32,000 nucleotides of DNA. Origin: Hyperthermus butylicus DSM 5456 (lineage in GTDB: Archaea > Thermoproteota > Thermoprotei_A > Sulfolobales > Pyrodictiaceae). The notes beneath the pieces were generated by a model. The model had not been told where the DNA came from, did not search any database, and worked only from the letters and a program-made list of their open reading frames with translations. Location: positions 960,001 through 992,000 of the forward strand of contig NC_008818.1 of NCBI RefSeq assembly GCF_000015145.1, written 5' to 3'. The position numbers and the translations under genes are program-made. Positions 1-9,304 of this stretch are shown piece after piece (position 1 is the stretch's first letter; each line of letters opens with the position of its first letter).

Positions 1-2552
1 TTGTGCTGTAGCTGACGCGGCTTCACGAAAAATTCTTGTGCTTCGTAAGTTGATATTATGCTCTCCGCTGGGATGCCTACGGGGGATTCCGAGTCCTTGC
101 CATAGTAGTGCTTTAGTATCTTCCGAGCAAGCTCTTTGAGAGCAACCATTACGCTGTGGGGTCGTGTATGAAGCCCCTCAGCCACGGAGTCCCAGCTCCT
201 ACCCTGGAGCACCTTAGATATAGCTATGTACTCCTCTTTCTTGCTTAGCGAGAGTCCCTTAGTCTTAGGGTACATTATCCAGTATGCCCTTATGAGTTCG
301 TGAAGGACGTCGGCTACCGCCTCATATGTCATCGGGCCATAGGCATATATCCATAAGCGGTCTACCTGTATCGGTGTGAGAGCGGGGTAGTAGTTGTCGA
401 ATATCGGGTTTCCAGTCTTCAATATGAGCATAGCCACCTCTGGCTCTAGGTCGCGGTAGGGATCGTGTAGGCTCTCTAGTAGTTTCCTCTTAAACTCTCT
501 GTTAGCAATGTCTACGAGCCTAGTCATGGTCTCTGTTATCGGCTTTATCACTAGTATTGTGTATTCGCCGCTAACTGGGTTACGGTCAGGCGACATGTGG
601 ACAGGGTAGAAACCATTCTTCACCCAGAACTTTAGTAGCTGCTCGTTAACGCCAAACCCGCTTCCAACCCAGTCAAGCCCTAGCTCCTTAGCCTCCTCGT
701 ACACCTTTTCGAGAGCAAATGAGCCTATACCTCTACCTTGCACCTCGGGATGCGTTGCAATTCTTACTATGCGCCAACCCCGTGCATGGCCAAACTCTCT
801 TACTCTTAGGTGTTTTAGTGTCCTATCAGGTATGATGTTGCCTGGTGTCTTGCCTCCACGTAGTAACTCTTCAACCATCTCGTCGTCTAGGCCTCCCTCC
901 TGGGCTATCTGCAGGGCACATACTATCTTTCCAGAGGGTAGTCTTACACCGCGTATGATGTGGTGAGGAGCGTCAGCTAGTATTGCTAGGTCATCCGGTT
1001 CATTCCGGTAGTGGGCCAAGACGTAAATGCCGAAGAGTTGGCGTAGTGTCTTCTCGCCCTCGGGACTGAAGAGTTCCCTTGGCTCAAACTTTACGTATTC
1101 AAACTGTTTGGCTTCTATAGCCTTTAGATCCTCTTCATCTAGCTCTGCTGGCTCGGCGTCAAGTAGTAGGGCGTCAAAGAGCCACCTCTCTATCGGATCA
1201 TCCTCGGCATACCTTATGGGCTCGTGCATTTCAACCTCTATAAGCTCCGTATTGGGATCGTTTTTGAGTGCCGGTAGAAACCTTACTGAGAATCCTCTCC
1301 CAGCGCCCTCGTAGCCGTGTATAGTTGTTGCGAAGACTAGCTTCCGGTGGCTCCGCCATATCTTGTGTAGGAGTGGAATATGCATGCCAGCTGCCTCGTC
1401 AACTATCACTATATCGGCCTTCAGCCTTGGTACATGTATTGGCTCCCAATACTCTATGCTAAACCCTTTACCGTGTATCTCGAGGATATTGTCGCCCCGT
1501 CTTACGATGTGTGTCTTAAGCTCTAGCTTTTCCGCTGCTTTGAGCGCTAGTGTAAAGAATGACTGTACATTGCTAAGGTTTGGTGCTGTGACAACTATAC
1601 GTACACGGCCAAGTTCCTTCCGCAGCCTAGCAGCGAGGCCTATTGATGCTATGCCTACGGCTCCAGACTTGCCACGTCCCCTATCCGATGTTATTATTAT
1701 AGCTCTACGCTTCTTCTTAGGCTTCTCTAGAAGGGATTCGAGAACCTTTATGACATTCACCTGGTCCTGTGTCAGTGCAAGCTCGTATAGCTCTCTGGGG
1801 AACTCCGTCTTCTCCGGTATCTCTATCTTCTGCTCGGTCCTCCTCCTTAACGGGTAGTCGTCAGCTTTTATTATTTCACCATCGTCAGTGTCAAATATAA
1901 ATATGCCCTTGTGGTCTAAAAGTTTCCTCTTAAACCAGCTAATGAAGACGTGGCGTGGTTCATTGTAGCCTGGCACTACAAGGTTTTGTTTGAATATCGT
2001 TATCCATTTGTCCCACTTGCTCCATGGAGGTACCATGAATACTATTAGGCCTCCACCCTCCACTATGCCCACAAGCCTACCTACATCGTTTGGTTTTAGG
2101 TCGTTAACGAGATCCATTACTAGTAGCTTGAATGTTGTACCTAGGTATCTATCGCTTTCCTCATACCTTGCTATCGTATACTCTATCATGTCGGCTTGTG
2201 CCTTCAAAGTCCGCTTGACTACCTCTTTTCTTATCTTCGCGTCCTTGAACTCATCGTGGAACACGTATAGTAGGGGTAGAGGCTCCTTACCCTTTAATCG
2301 CCGGTAGACACGCTCATAGAAGAGTAGGGCGCGAGCTACTGTAGCTGCTACCTCGACGGGATCCGTACCGGTTACGACCAAGAGCCTCCTATGCCTTGAT
2401 ACTATGGCGCGTTCTATGGCCTTGCTCAGCTTTCTCAGCAGCTTGTTAAACGATGAAGGTACGTACTTTTTGAGTTCCTCCGCAACGTTCTTAGCTAGGT
2501 TTTCGATATCCTTCTTCCCCAGCTCGCTGTACTCTGCTGGCAGGCTCTCCAA
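1..2552 (-). CDS. tmcA: tRNA(Met) cytidine acetyltransferase TmcA-like (helicase plus GNAT domains), 3' end truncated by window edge
   Basis: Own reverse-strand translation: Walker A region SDRGRGKSGAVGIAS near 1660-1700, DPIERWLFDALLLDA near 1150-1200, GNAT-like VRIATHPEVQGRGIGSFALEKVY near 690-770, N-terminal ...YSELGKKDIENLAKNVAEELKKYVPSSFNKLLRKLSKAIERAIVSRHRRLLVVTGTDPVEVAATVARALLFYERV. Not in ORF track, probably because no stop lies inside the window. An in-frame stop lies just upstream; the first plausible start is TTG at 2552, which is uncertain. Confidence 0.9.
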   Translation of the reverse strand, partial: MESLPAEYSELGKKDIENLAKNVAEELKKYVPSSFNKLLRKLSKAIERAIVSRHRRLLVVTGTDPVEVAATVARALLFYERVYRRLKGKEPLPLLYVFHDEFKDAKIRKEVVKRTLKAQADMIEYTIARYEESDRYLGTTFKLLVMDLVNDLKPNDVGRLVGIVEGGGLIVFMVPPWSKWDKWITIFKQNLVVPGYNEPRHVFISWFKRKLLDHKGIFIFDTDDGEIIKADDYPLRRRTEQKIEIPEKTEFPRELYELALTQDQVNVIKVLESLLEKPKKKRRAIIITSDRGRGKSGAVGIASIGLAARLRKELGRVRIVVTAPNLSNVQSFFTLALKAAEKLELKTHIVRRGDNILEIHGKGFSIEYWEPIHVPRLKADIVIVDEAAGMHIPLLHKIWRSHRKLVFATTIHGYEGAGRGFSVRFLPALKNDPNTELIEVEMHEPIRYAEDDPIERWLFDALLLDAEPAELDEEDLKAIEAKQFEYVKFEPRELFSPEGEKTLRQLFGIYVLAHYRNEPDDLAILADAPHHIIRGVRLPSGKIVCALQIAQEGGLDDEMVEELLRGGKTPGNIIPDRTLKHLRVREFGHARGWRIVRIATHPEVQGRGIGSFALEKVYEEAKELGLDWVGSGFGVNEQLLKFWVKNGFYPVHMSPDRNPVSGEYTILVIKPITETMTRLVDIANREFKRKLLESLHDPYRDLEPEVAMLILKTGNPIFDNYYPALTPIQVDRLWIYAYGPMTYEAVADVLHELIRAYWIMYPKTKGLSLSKKEEYIAISKVLQGRSWDSVAEGLHTRPHSVMVALKELARKILKHYYGKDSESPVGIPAESIISTYEAQEFFVKPRQLQH

Positions 2553-2647
2553 TACCGCTCCCCGCCTCGCTATAGGCTGTCCTGTGAAGTACCTGACGCT
2601 TCCCCACTAATGCTGTATACTATTACACTGTTCCTACCCTGGGAGGG

Positions 2648-3940
2648 CTAGAATATGTTATCGAGGGCTTCCAGTTCCTTTAGCATTGAATACTCTATTG
2701 TCTTCTGCAAATGTTTTTCAAGGTCTCTAATGGTTAGCGTTTGCTCCTCCTGCTCCTTCTTGCCGATTATCACGGCGTACCTATAACCTTGTCTTGCTAT
2801 CCATGCCAGCGCCTTATGGAGTTTTTGCTCGACGAGCATTGTAGAGGCGATATTCATTCTTACAAGTTCATCCTGGATCTCTGCTGCGTAGGGAAGAACC
2901 TCAGTACTCAGAGCCACTATGGCTGCCCTGACAGGTTTTGCTAGCAGCTTATCCAGCTTGCTTAGCTCCTTGAGTGCTGCTAATGTACGGTCTAGGCCTA
3001 TAGCGAAACCTGTCCCGGGTACGTGCTCGCCCCCATAAAGCTCTATGAGATTATCATATCTCCCTCCGCCAGCTATACTTACGGGAATAGCTTTTGTCTC
3101 TACCTCGTATATGATGCCGGTATAGTAAGCTAGGCCTCGCGCAAACGATAGGTTCACTCGGACTTCAATGCGGGTGTTGTAGGTTTTTATTAGGCTTGCT
3201 ATGGTTTGTAGCTCTTCTACAGCTCTAGCAGCCTCTGGGTCTCCAACTGCCTCCCTAGCGTTTTCGAGGTCTGCGGGATTCCTCCATAGCTCTTCCAGTA
3301 AGCTTGCAAGGTCTCGGCCAACCTTCTCTTCGACAAGGGCTAGTGCTTCATTATACATTTTCTTATCCATTAGGTGTAGTATGTGGTCTTGTAACTCCTC
3401 ATCAACACCGTACTTCCCGAATAGTATCCTGTAAAGCTTGGTTGTACCTAATTTCAGACTTATGTCATCCAGCATGCCGATGCTGTTGTAGAACGCTACT
3501 AGGAGCTTTATTGGGTCGAAGTCACCCTCCACGCCCTCAGCGCCAAGGTATTCGACTCCAGCCTGCCAGAATTCACGGTATCTTGCCCTCTGCGGCTCTT
3601 CGTATCGGAAACAGTTAACTATGTAGTAGAGCTTGATTGGTTTTGGTCTTGCTCGTAGGTGTTTAAGGTATATTCTCGCTATACTAGCTGTTGCTTCGGG
3701 TCTCAACGCTACTTCGCGGCCAGCTTTGTCCCGGAAAACATACATTGTTCTTCTTATCTCCTCGCCGGATTTGAGGGCAAAGAGTTCGAACCTCTCCAGT
3801 GTTGGTGGAATGACTTCCTCGTAGCCGTGGAGTTCTGCTAGTTTTGCAAATTTTTGCGCAAGTAGTGTTAGTGCTTTAGAGTCTGGTTCTAGTATGTCTC
3901 TAAATCCCCTGAGTGGTTCGAGAGGTATTCTCGCCGGCAT
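2648..3940 (-). CDS. hisS: Histidyl-tRNA synthetase
   Basis: 430 aa; class II aaRS motifs: GFRDILEPDS, ALRPEATASIARIYLKH, YRFRE-like region, GGRYDNLIELYGG, GFAIGLDRTLAAL. Confidence 0.95.
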   Translation of the reverse strand: MPARIPLEPLRGFRDILEPDSKALTLLAQKFAKLAELHGYEEVIPPTLERFELFALKSGEEIRRTMYVFRDKAGREVALRPEATASIARIYLKHLRARPKPIKLYYIVNCFRYEEPQRARYREFWQAGVEYLGAEGVEGDFDPIKLLVAFYNSIGMLDDISLKLGTTKLYRILFGKYGVDEELQDHILHLMDKKMYNEALALVEEKVGRDLASLLEELWRNPADLENAREAVGDPEAARAVEELQTIASLIKTYNTRIEVRVNLSFARGLAYYTGIIYEVETKAIPVSIAGGGRYDNLIELYGGEHVPGTGFAIGLDRTLAALKELSKLDKLLAKPVRAAIVALSTEVLPYAAEIQDELVRMNIASTMLVEQKLHKALAWIARQGYRYAVIIGKKEQEEQTLTIRDLEKHLQKTIEYSMLKELEALDNIF

Positions 3941-4457
3941 GCTGCATCGTCCTCGCTGGTTGTGGGTGGAAAAGCGTCACACTATAGTACGTTATGTCGC
4001 CGTATCTATCGACTATGGCTAGGATTGGTTCCCAGTTGTTTTTAAGTGCTTCTTCTACAAACGAGTTTATGAGTGATAGGCTTACAGGCCTATTCTCTTC
4101 TAGTACGAGGATGTAATGCGTATATTTCGTGTCTCTCTTGCTCCTCCTTAGGAGGAATGTGTGGCTTCGAGGGCCGGGTACAGGTATTCGCCCCCTCCTT
4201 CGAAGGTCAAGATATACTTCAAACTCTACCCATGCGTAAGGGTTGAGTATTGTTAGCATGCGCATAAGCTGCTCGAAATTTAGCATGCGACCCTGCTCAT
4301 CGTATAACCGTGCAGCTTCGGTATAGAGCAGGTATAGTGCTTCAACAGGCTCGACTTCGCTGGGAGTGGCTCGCTTGGGTAAGTATCGCTGCAGTAGTTC
4401 TACGCCCTCCTCCACTACTATAGCGATCTTTTTCTCTCCTCTGTGCAACCTAAGCAC
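3900..4457 (-). CDS. tRNA-splicing endonuclease EndA-like structural (non-catalytic) subunit
   Basis: 185 aa; C-terminal half YAWVEFEVYLDLRRRGRIPVPGPRSHTFLLRRSKRDTKYTHYILVLEENRPVSLSLINSFVEEALKNNWEPILAIVDRYGDITYYSVTLF resembles the EndA nuclease fold (DLRxRGY... ; LVLAIVDxxGDITYY), but the usual catalytic Tyr/His pair is not visible. Confidence 0.65.
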   Translation of the reverse strand: MLRLHRGEKKIAIVVEEGVELLQRYLPKRATPSEVEPVEALYLLYTEAARLYDEQGRMLNFEQLMRMLTILNPYAWVEFEVYLDLRRRGRIPVPGPRSHTFLLRRSKRDTKYTHYILVLEENRPVSLSLINSFVEEALKNNWEPILAIVDRYGDITYYSVTLFHPQPARTMQHAGENTSRTTQGI

Positions 4458-4539
4458 TATGGTCTCGTTGGTTTTCCCCCCATGTAGCTGTACCCCCTGT
4501 AGTTTACCGTGTTCTAGCTAGTGAGGTTTAAGATGTTCT

Positions 4540-5648
4540 ATGCTTGGCTTGCTAGGAACTGGTGGCTATGCAGTGGAGGATATTCTTGCTAAGCTTAAGA
4601 TCAAGCCTCTTGAATGGGTTGAAGATAAGGAGGGGCCCAAGCTAAGGTGGTTGGATACACGTCTCCTTCCGTGGGAGGAGGTTTACCGGGAGACAAGGGA
4701 CTATAAGAGGGTTGCAAAGGCCATCAAGGATATGGAGATACGTGGCGCTCCAGCTATAGGTGTTGCAGCTGCCTACGGTCTGGCACTGGCAGCCTACTAC
4801 TCCAAGGCGCGTGATGTCAACGAGCTACTTGCACAACTAGAAGAGGCTAGGAAGGTTCTAGCCTCCACAAGGCCCACCGCCTACAACCTCTTCTGGGCCC
4901 TAGAAAGGGTGATGAAGGCTGCACGTAACGCGGAACAGCATGGAGTTGATGCAGTTGTTAGGCGTGTTATAGAGGAGGCAAGGACTATACACCTTGAGGA
5001 TGTTAGGGCGAATATAGAGCTCGGCCGTATCGGGGCTAAGCTAATAGATGATGGCGATACGATACTAACACACTGCAACGCAGGTGCACTGGCAACGTCG
5101 GGGTATGGCACTGCAGAGGGCATTATGAGAGCAGCTGTTGAGGAGGGTAAGAGGATAAGGGTAATTGCTACCGAGACTAGACCCTTACTGCAAGGTGCCC
5201 GGCTTACAGTATGGGAGCTCTTAAAGGAGGGTATTGAGGTTAGGCTCATAACAGATAACATGGTCGGCTACGTCATGTACAAGGGTCTTGTGGACAAGGT
5301 TATTGTTGGTGCTGACCGCATCACAGCTGACGGCTACGTAGCCAACAAGATTGGCACATACATGATAGCAGTATTAGCTAATAGGCATGGTGTGCCATTC
5401 TATGTTGCTGCACCTACTTCACATTTGACCTCAGCATTGAGGGCGACAACATACCTATCGAGGAGCGTAGCCCTAACGAGGTTAGGACGGTTCTAGGCAA
5501 GCTAGCAATAACAGTGCCCGATGTACCAGTGTATAATCCTGCCTTCGATATTACACCCCCAGAGCTTGTTACTGCTATAGTTACTGAGAAGGGTATAGTG
5601 ACGCCACCCTATCGCGAAAACATAAAGAGGGTCTTCAATAGGTCCTAG
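4540..5648 (+). CDS. mtnA: S-methyl-5-thioribose-1-phosphate isomerase / eIF2B-like family, with apparent -1 frameshift near 5419-5424
   Basis: Frame 1: KLRWLDTRLLPWEEVYRETRDY, MEIRGAPAIGVAAAYG, ILTHCNAGALATSGYGTAEG, VYMGKT-like VDKVIVGADRITADGYVANKIGTYMIAVLA, FYVAAPTS. The reading then continues in the -1 frame as TFDLSIEGDNIPIEERSPNEVRTVLGKLAITVPDVPVYNPAFDITPPELVTAIVTEKGIVTPPYRENIKRVFNRS with stop at 5646-5648. The ORF track ends at 5496. Confidence 0.9.
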
Positions 5649-5663
5649 GGCATATGTTTCTTT

Positions 5664-7058
5664 TCATCCATATACTTGCAGTATAATGTAGGCCGACAGT
5701 AGAATTATTGGTGGTACATGGTTGTAGAATGGTATGCGCCAGCTGGCATAGGTTAGTGCATAGCTTATAGCTATACCTATGACTGTTATCAGAATCACAG
5801 CGGCATGTACATCTATGACTGCGTGTTGTAGAGGTTGTGTAAATGGTAGTGGGGATGCAGTAGCTGAGGTGATCGTTGTTGATAGTGTTGTATCGGAAAG
5901 CATATTTGCTACGAGCACGATGGCGAGCTGCATTGCAGCTATTACGCCGGCGAGGGTGGTAGAGTAGGCCATTGTATATGTGTATATTCGTGAAACTGTT
6001 GTAGAGACCAGTTCTAGTATCGCAGATGCTATGTGGAGTGATTTAACTGCTTGACCTCCAGCCCTGAGAGCTGATGACACGGTCTTTGATACAAGGTATG
6101 CGAGCTTGTTTGCATCGCTTGCTCTCAGCGGGATAGGCCTCCCAGTTCTAAGGGCGTATATTATCTGGCTGCTGGCGTCTCGTCCCTCACGCTTAATTAT
6201 GGCTACAACTACATCACGCGTAACGCCCTTTACTGACACTATTTCGACAAGGATTCTTGCGAGATAGGCTAGCCTCTTAAGGCTGTTAATGTAGTTTTTA
6301 GCGTAGAGTATATAGTATAGCTTAATTGCAAGTGAGCCGGTTGCAAGTACTGGCACAAGTATAGAGAATGTAGTGGAAGATATATCTTTCACTACTAGCA
6401 GTGATAGTGCTGTCAAAGCTAGCGTCTCTGCTGCAACACCAAGGTATGGCTTAACATTCAGCTGGAGGTATGTGTCTAGTACGCGTATGCGAGCCGATAT
6501 AGCTATGGCGGCAGAGGCAGCTATTACCAGTAGTGCTGCTAAGTATATTGCTGCAATGTTTTCTGCAAATATAGAGGCAAGTATAACAGTTAGTAGGACG
6601 AATGCTGTAAGCGTTGATATAGCCTCTATTGCTGTTGTTAGAGCTGAGAGCTTACGCCTAATAACCTCCTCGAAGTTAGCTATAACACTATTAACAACGC
6701 CTAGTAGTACTTCAAGAGGCTTACCGCTAACTAGATATCCAGTGGTATATGAACGTATTGTGCGTCTTATCACGTCAATATTTACTGCTTCGGCCAGCTT
6801 TTCTAATGCAAGTAGCGAATTCGTATACTTCTTATATAGCGCGACGTAAAACTTTGAAATTTTCGTAAATTCCTTCATGATACTGGATAATTGTTTATCA
6901 TTGCTAAGCTCTGCTAGGGCTTCGTGGGGTGCTATGTGGCCACCGCTATGGGCTAGTGCGTAAAGTAGAAAGAGTGGTAGTTCGGCCGTGGCTCTATCAG
7001 CGTCTATTCTCAATTTTTGCTCCAGCAGTGTCATGCAACCACCTCTGGCTAGCGTCAT
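5664..7058 (-). CDS. TadC/FlaJ/GspF-like integral membrane protein of an archaeal type IV filament system
   Basis: 464 aa with multiple hydrophobic segments; SKFYVALYKKYTNSLLALEKLAEAV...SGKPLEVLLGVVNSVIANFEEVIRRKLSAL is similar in layout to T2SSF domains; immediately downstream of the secretion ATPase. Confidence 0.75.
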   Translation of the reverse strand: MTLARGGCMTLLEQKLRIDADRATAELPLFLLYALAHSGGHIAPHEALAELSNDKQLSSIMKEFTKISKFYVALYKKYTNSLLALEKLAEAVNIDVIRRTIRSYTTGYLVSGKPLEVLLGVVNSVIANFEEVIRRKLSALTTAIEAISTLTAFVLLTVILASIFAENIAAIYLAALLVIAASAAIAISARIRVLDTYLQLNVKPYLGVAAETLALTALSLLVVKDISSTTFSILVPVLATGSLAIKLYYILYAKNYINSLKRLAYLARILVEIVSVKGVTRDVVVAIIKREGRDASSQIIYALRTGRPIPLRASDANKLAYLVSKTVSSALRAGGQAVKSLHIASAILELVSTTVSRIYTYTMAYSTTLAGVIAAMQLAIVLVANMLSDTTLSTTITSATASPLPFTQPLQHAVIDVHAAVILITVIGIAISYALTYASWRIPFYNHVPPIILLSAYIILQVYG

Positions 7059-7085
7059 GAATGTTTTTGATAGTGTAAATTGTGG

Positions 7086-8636
7086 CTAGCATCTTCGAAC
7101 TATAGTACTTGTATATGTTGTAAGAAACTCTGAAAAGCTGCACGTGTAGCAACTTTCTATGAGCTTTACAAGCTCTTCAAGCTCAGCAGCTAAGCTATCT
7201 AGGCTTAATCCTCTTGTCTTAGCTATGAGCTTTAACCTGTAGCTCCTTGCTAGGAGTTCGTCAAGGCTCTCTGGGCTGTGTGTATCACTGCTGCTATTCC
7301 ACGTGAAGAGTTTCTCTATTTCTATTCCCGAGGCAGCTGGCTTTATCTCGACTATCTCTACTACTCGTCTTGCTTCAACACCGCTTGGGAGTCTAACCCT
7401 ATGGACAACAACTATGTTCCACAAGAGCTGCAGGAATCCGTCATCAATGCTTATAGGTCTAGCTCTGAGCCTATAAATGGCAGACTCAACAGTATCGGCG
7501 TGAAAGGTAGAAAGTGCAGCATGGCCGCTTCCTGCTGCGTGAATGAACACTCTAGCTTCTTCGCCACGTATCTCTCCTATAACGAAGTAGTCGGGGCGTC
7601 TTCTAAGTGCAAACTTTGACAATTTATACATGTCTATGTCTTCGCCTTCAAGGCTGCTGTAGGCATAGCGTGTTACTAGACTATCCCAGTGGGGATGGTG
7701 TGCAAGGTTAAGTTCAGGTGTATCTTCAATAGTTACAACGCGATAGTATGGCGGTATTAGAAGCAATAATGCTTGCAACAATGTTGTCTTACCTGAAGCC
7801 GTTGGCCCTATGACCAATATTGCTGGTTTGTGAAGCAGTAAGTACCACAAGTAGGCAGCAGCGAGTGGCGAGAGGAATCGTGTCCTAACAAGGTGTGGTA
7901 GAGGAATAGGCTCCTCCCTATGCTTGCGGATAACTATTGAGGAGCCATGCCTACTAATCTCTCTTGAGAAGGTTGCAGCTACACGGTGACCTCCTGGAAT
8001 TAGTGCTTCAAGGTATGGATGTGCGAAGCTTACATCGCGTTCAGCAAGACGTGCTAGCTGGATAACGAGGCTGTCGAGAACACTGCTGCTGAGTCTAATA
8101 TTTGTGTTAATCCAACCTATAGGTAGATCCCGATGAACTATTGCTACGGGTTTATCCGGTGCATTAACAGCTATCTCCTCTATATTACTATCGAGTATGA
8201 GAGGGTATAGTGGACCATAGCCGCTAAGACCTTTACGCACATAGTAGCTCATTGCGATGTAGTTAGCTCTAACTTCTTCATAGTTTATACCGTATTTTTC
8301 GGTAAGCTCCTTTAACTCATCAAAGCTTGTAGGTAGACCGTCAAGGCCTTCAGCTATTATAGCCTCCAATAACGCAACAATAGTCTTGAGGGTCGATGGA
8401 AAAGATGTATCTGGCTCAATGGTGAGTGGTGGCTCTGAAACGCAGTATTCAACATTCCCCGACTTAATTCCTATAACAACTCTTACAGCTCCGTGCACGT
8501 CGTATTCATTAATAATCTTCTCAAACCTTGCATCACAGATCACAGGCTTTATCATATCAGCTAGAATGGGGTCAATACTGGTTGCAGTTTCTCTGCTAAT
8601 CCTCCTCAAGGCTGTAATGCCTCCAATGGTCCCCAT
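7086..8636 (-). CDS. Type II/IV secretion system ATPase (GspE/TadA/FlaI-like)
   Basis: 516 aa; Walker A GPTASGKTTLLQALLL, VVTIEDTPELNL, DYFVIGEIRGEEARVFIHAAGSGHAALSTFHADTVESAIYRL. Confidence 0.93.
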   Translation of the reverse strand: MGTIGGITALRRISRETATSIDPILADMIKPVICDARFEKIINEYDVHGAVRVVIGIKSGNVEYCVSEPPLTIEPDTSFPSTLKTIVALLEAIIAEGLDGLPTSFDELKELTEKYGINYEEVRANYIAMSYYVRKGLSGYGPLYPLILDSNIEEIAVNAPDKPVAIVHRDLPIGWINTNIRLSSSVLDSLVIQLARLAERDVSFAHPYLEALIPGGHRVAATFSREISRHGSSIVIRKHREEPIPLPHLVRTRFLSPLAAAYLWYLLLHKPAILVIGPTASGKTTLLQALLLLIPPYYRVVTIEDTPELNLAHHPHWDSLVTRYAYSSLEGEDIDMYKLSKFALRRRPDYFVIGEIRGEEARVFIHAAGSGHAALSTFHADTVESAIYRLRARPISIDDGFLQLLWNIVVVHRVRLPSGVEARRVVEIVEIKPAASGIEIEKLFTWNSSSDTHSPESLDELLARSYRLKLIAKTRGLSLDSLAAELEELVKLIESCYTCSFSEFLTTYTSTIVRRC

Positions 8637-8699
8637 TAGCGAGTAGTCATCTATCTTGCAGTCGTTACGAGCACAGCATGGCGGTTACGGCAATGAGTG

Positions 8700-8706
8700 A
8701 AAAAAA
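8700..8706 (-). terminator. Possible oligo-T terminator after the pilin-like gene
   Basis: Seven A on the plus strand (T7 on the minus/coding strand) inside the 103-nt gap between the pilin stop and the ATPase start. Confidence 0.4.
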
Positions 8707-8739
8707 TTATCAAGATGTGGTAACGTGTAATTTCGGGCG

Positions 8740-9150
8740 CTAGCTTACCTCTATGGGCTCTGTTGTGTATAGCTTGCCGCCGGCTTGGTACATTAGTACC
8801 AGTACTACGGGCCAGTCGCACAGATTCTGGTCAACAGGTATCTCTATGAGCTTTTTCTCGCCGCCTTGCACAGTTATGGGTGTTGTCAGGTTGTGTGTGA
8901 ATGTGTAGCCGTTCATGCAGCTAACCTTTGATGCTTGCACGGTGATCGGTGTCGTCCCTGCATTATCTACCGTTACATATATTGTGGCGGTTTCGGGGAC
9001 GTACTCTGCTATCGAGTATGCCACCGGTTTGTCGGCCATAGTGTTTACTGTGTTTAGGAAGTACTGATACACTATGAGGCCAGCTGCTATGCTGGCCATC
9101 AAGAGTATCACGGCCGAGACTATTGGAGAGACTGCTCTCACGACTCTCAC
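8740..9150 (-). CDS. Archaeal type IV pilin-like protein
   Basis: 136 aa; N-terminus MRVVRAVSPIVSAVILLMASIAAGLIVYQYF followed by a beta-rich secreted domain; upstream of the ATPase and membrane genes on the same strand. Confidence 0.75.
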   Translation of the reverse strand: MRVVRAVSPIVSAVILLMASIAAGLIVYQYFLNTVNTMADKPVAYSIAEYVPETATIYVTVDNAGTTPITVQASKVSCMNGYTFTHNLTTPITVQGGEKKLIEIPVDQNLCDWPVVLVLMYQAGGKLYTTEPIEVS

Positions 9151-9304
9151 CCACCCGAACGCTTGTCTCCATAGCTATGCTATACGGAGTGGTAACATTC
9201 TACATTAGTTAGTGGAAAGGCATTTATTCAGCGAAGCTGTTTCGGCGGCTTATTCTTGAAATCCTATAAGGGAAGCTTAGCCTAACGAGGATTGAGGGGT
9301 TAAA

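Noticed and set aside
769-2610. Plus-strand ORFs at 769-966, 1027-1314, 1363-1857, 1990-2307 and 2404-2610
   Set aside because: All lie antisense to the clear tmcA coding frame; their Ser/Leu-rich translations are typical of reverse-complement shadows.
2741-3841. Plus-strand ORFs 2741-2944, 3201-3434, 3304-3618, 3633-3824, 3659-3841
   Set aside because: Antisense shadows of hisS with no recognisable motifs.
4881-5261. Minus-strand ORF, 126 aa
   Set aside because: Antisense to the conserved mtnA frame; low-complexity Ser/Leu composition.
5779-8646. Plus-strand ORFs 5779-5967, 6373-6849, 7278-7619, 8386-8646
   Set aside because: Antisense to the FlaJ-like and secretion ATPase genes, which have strong family motifs.
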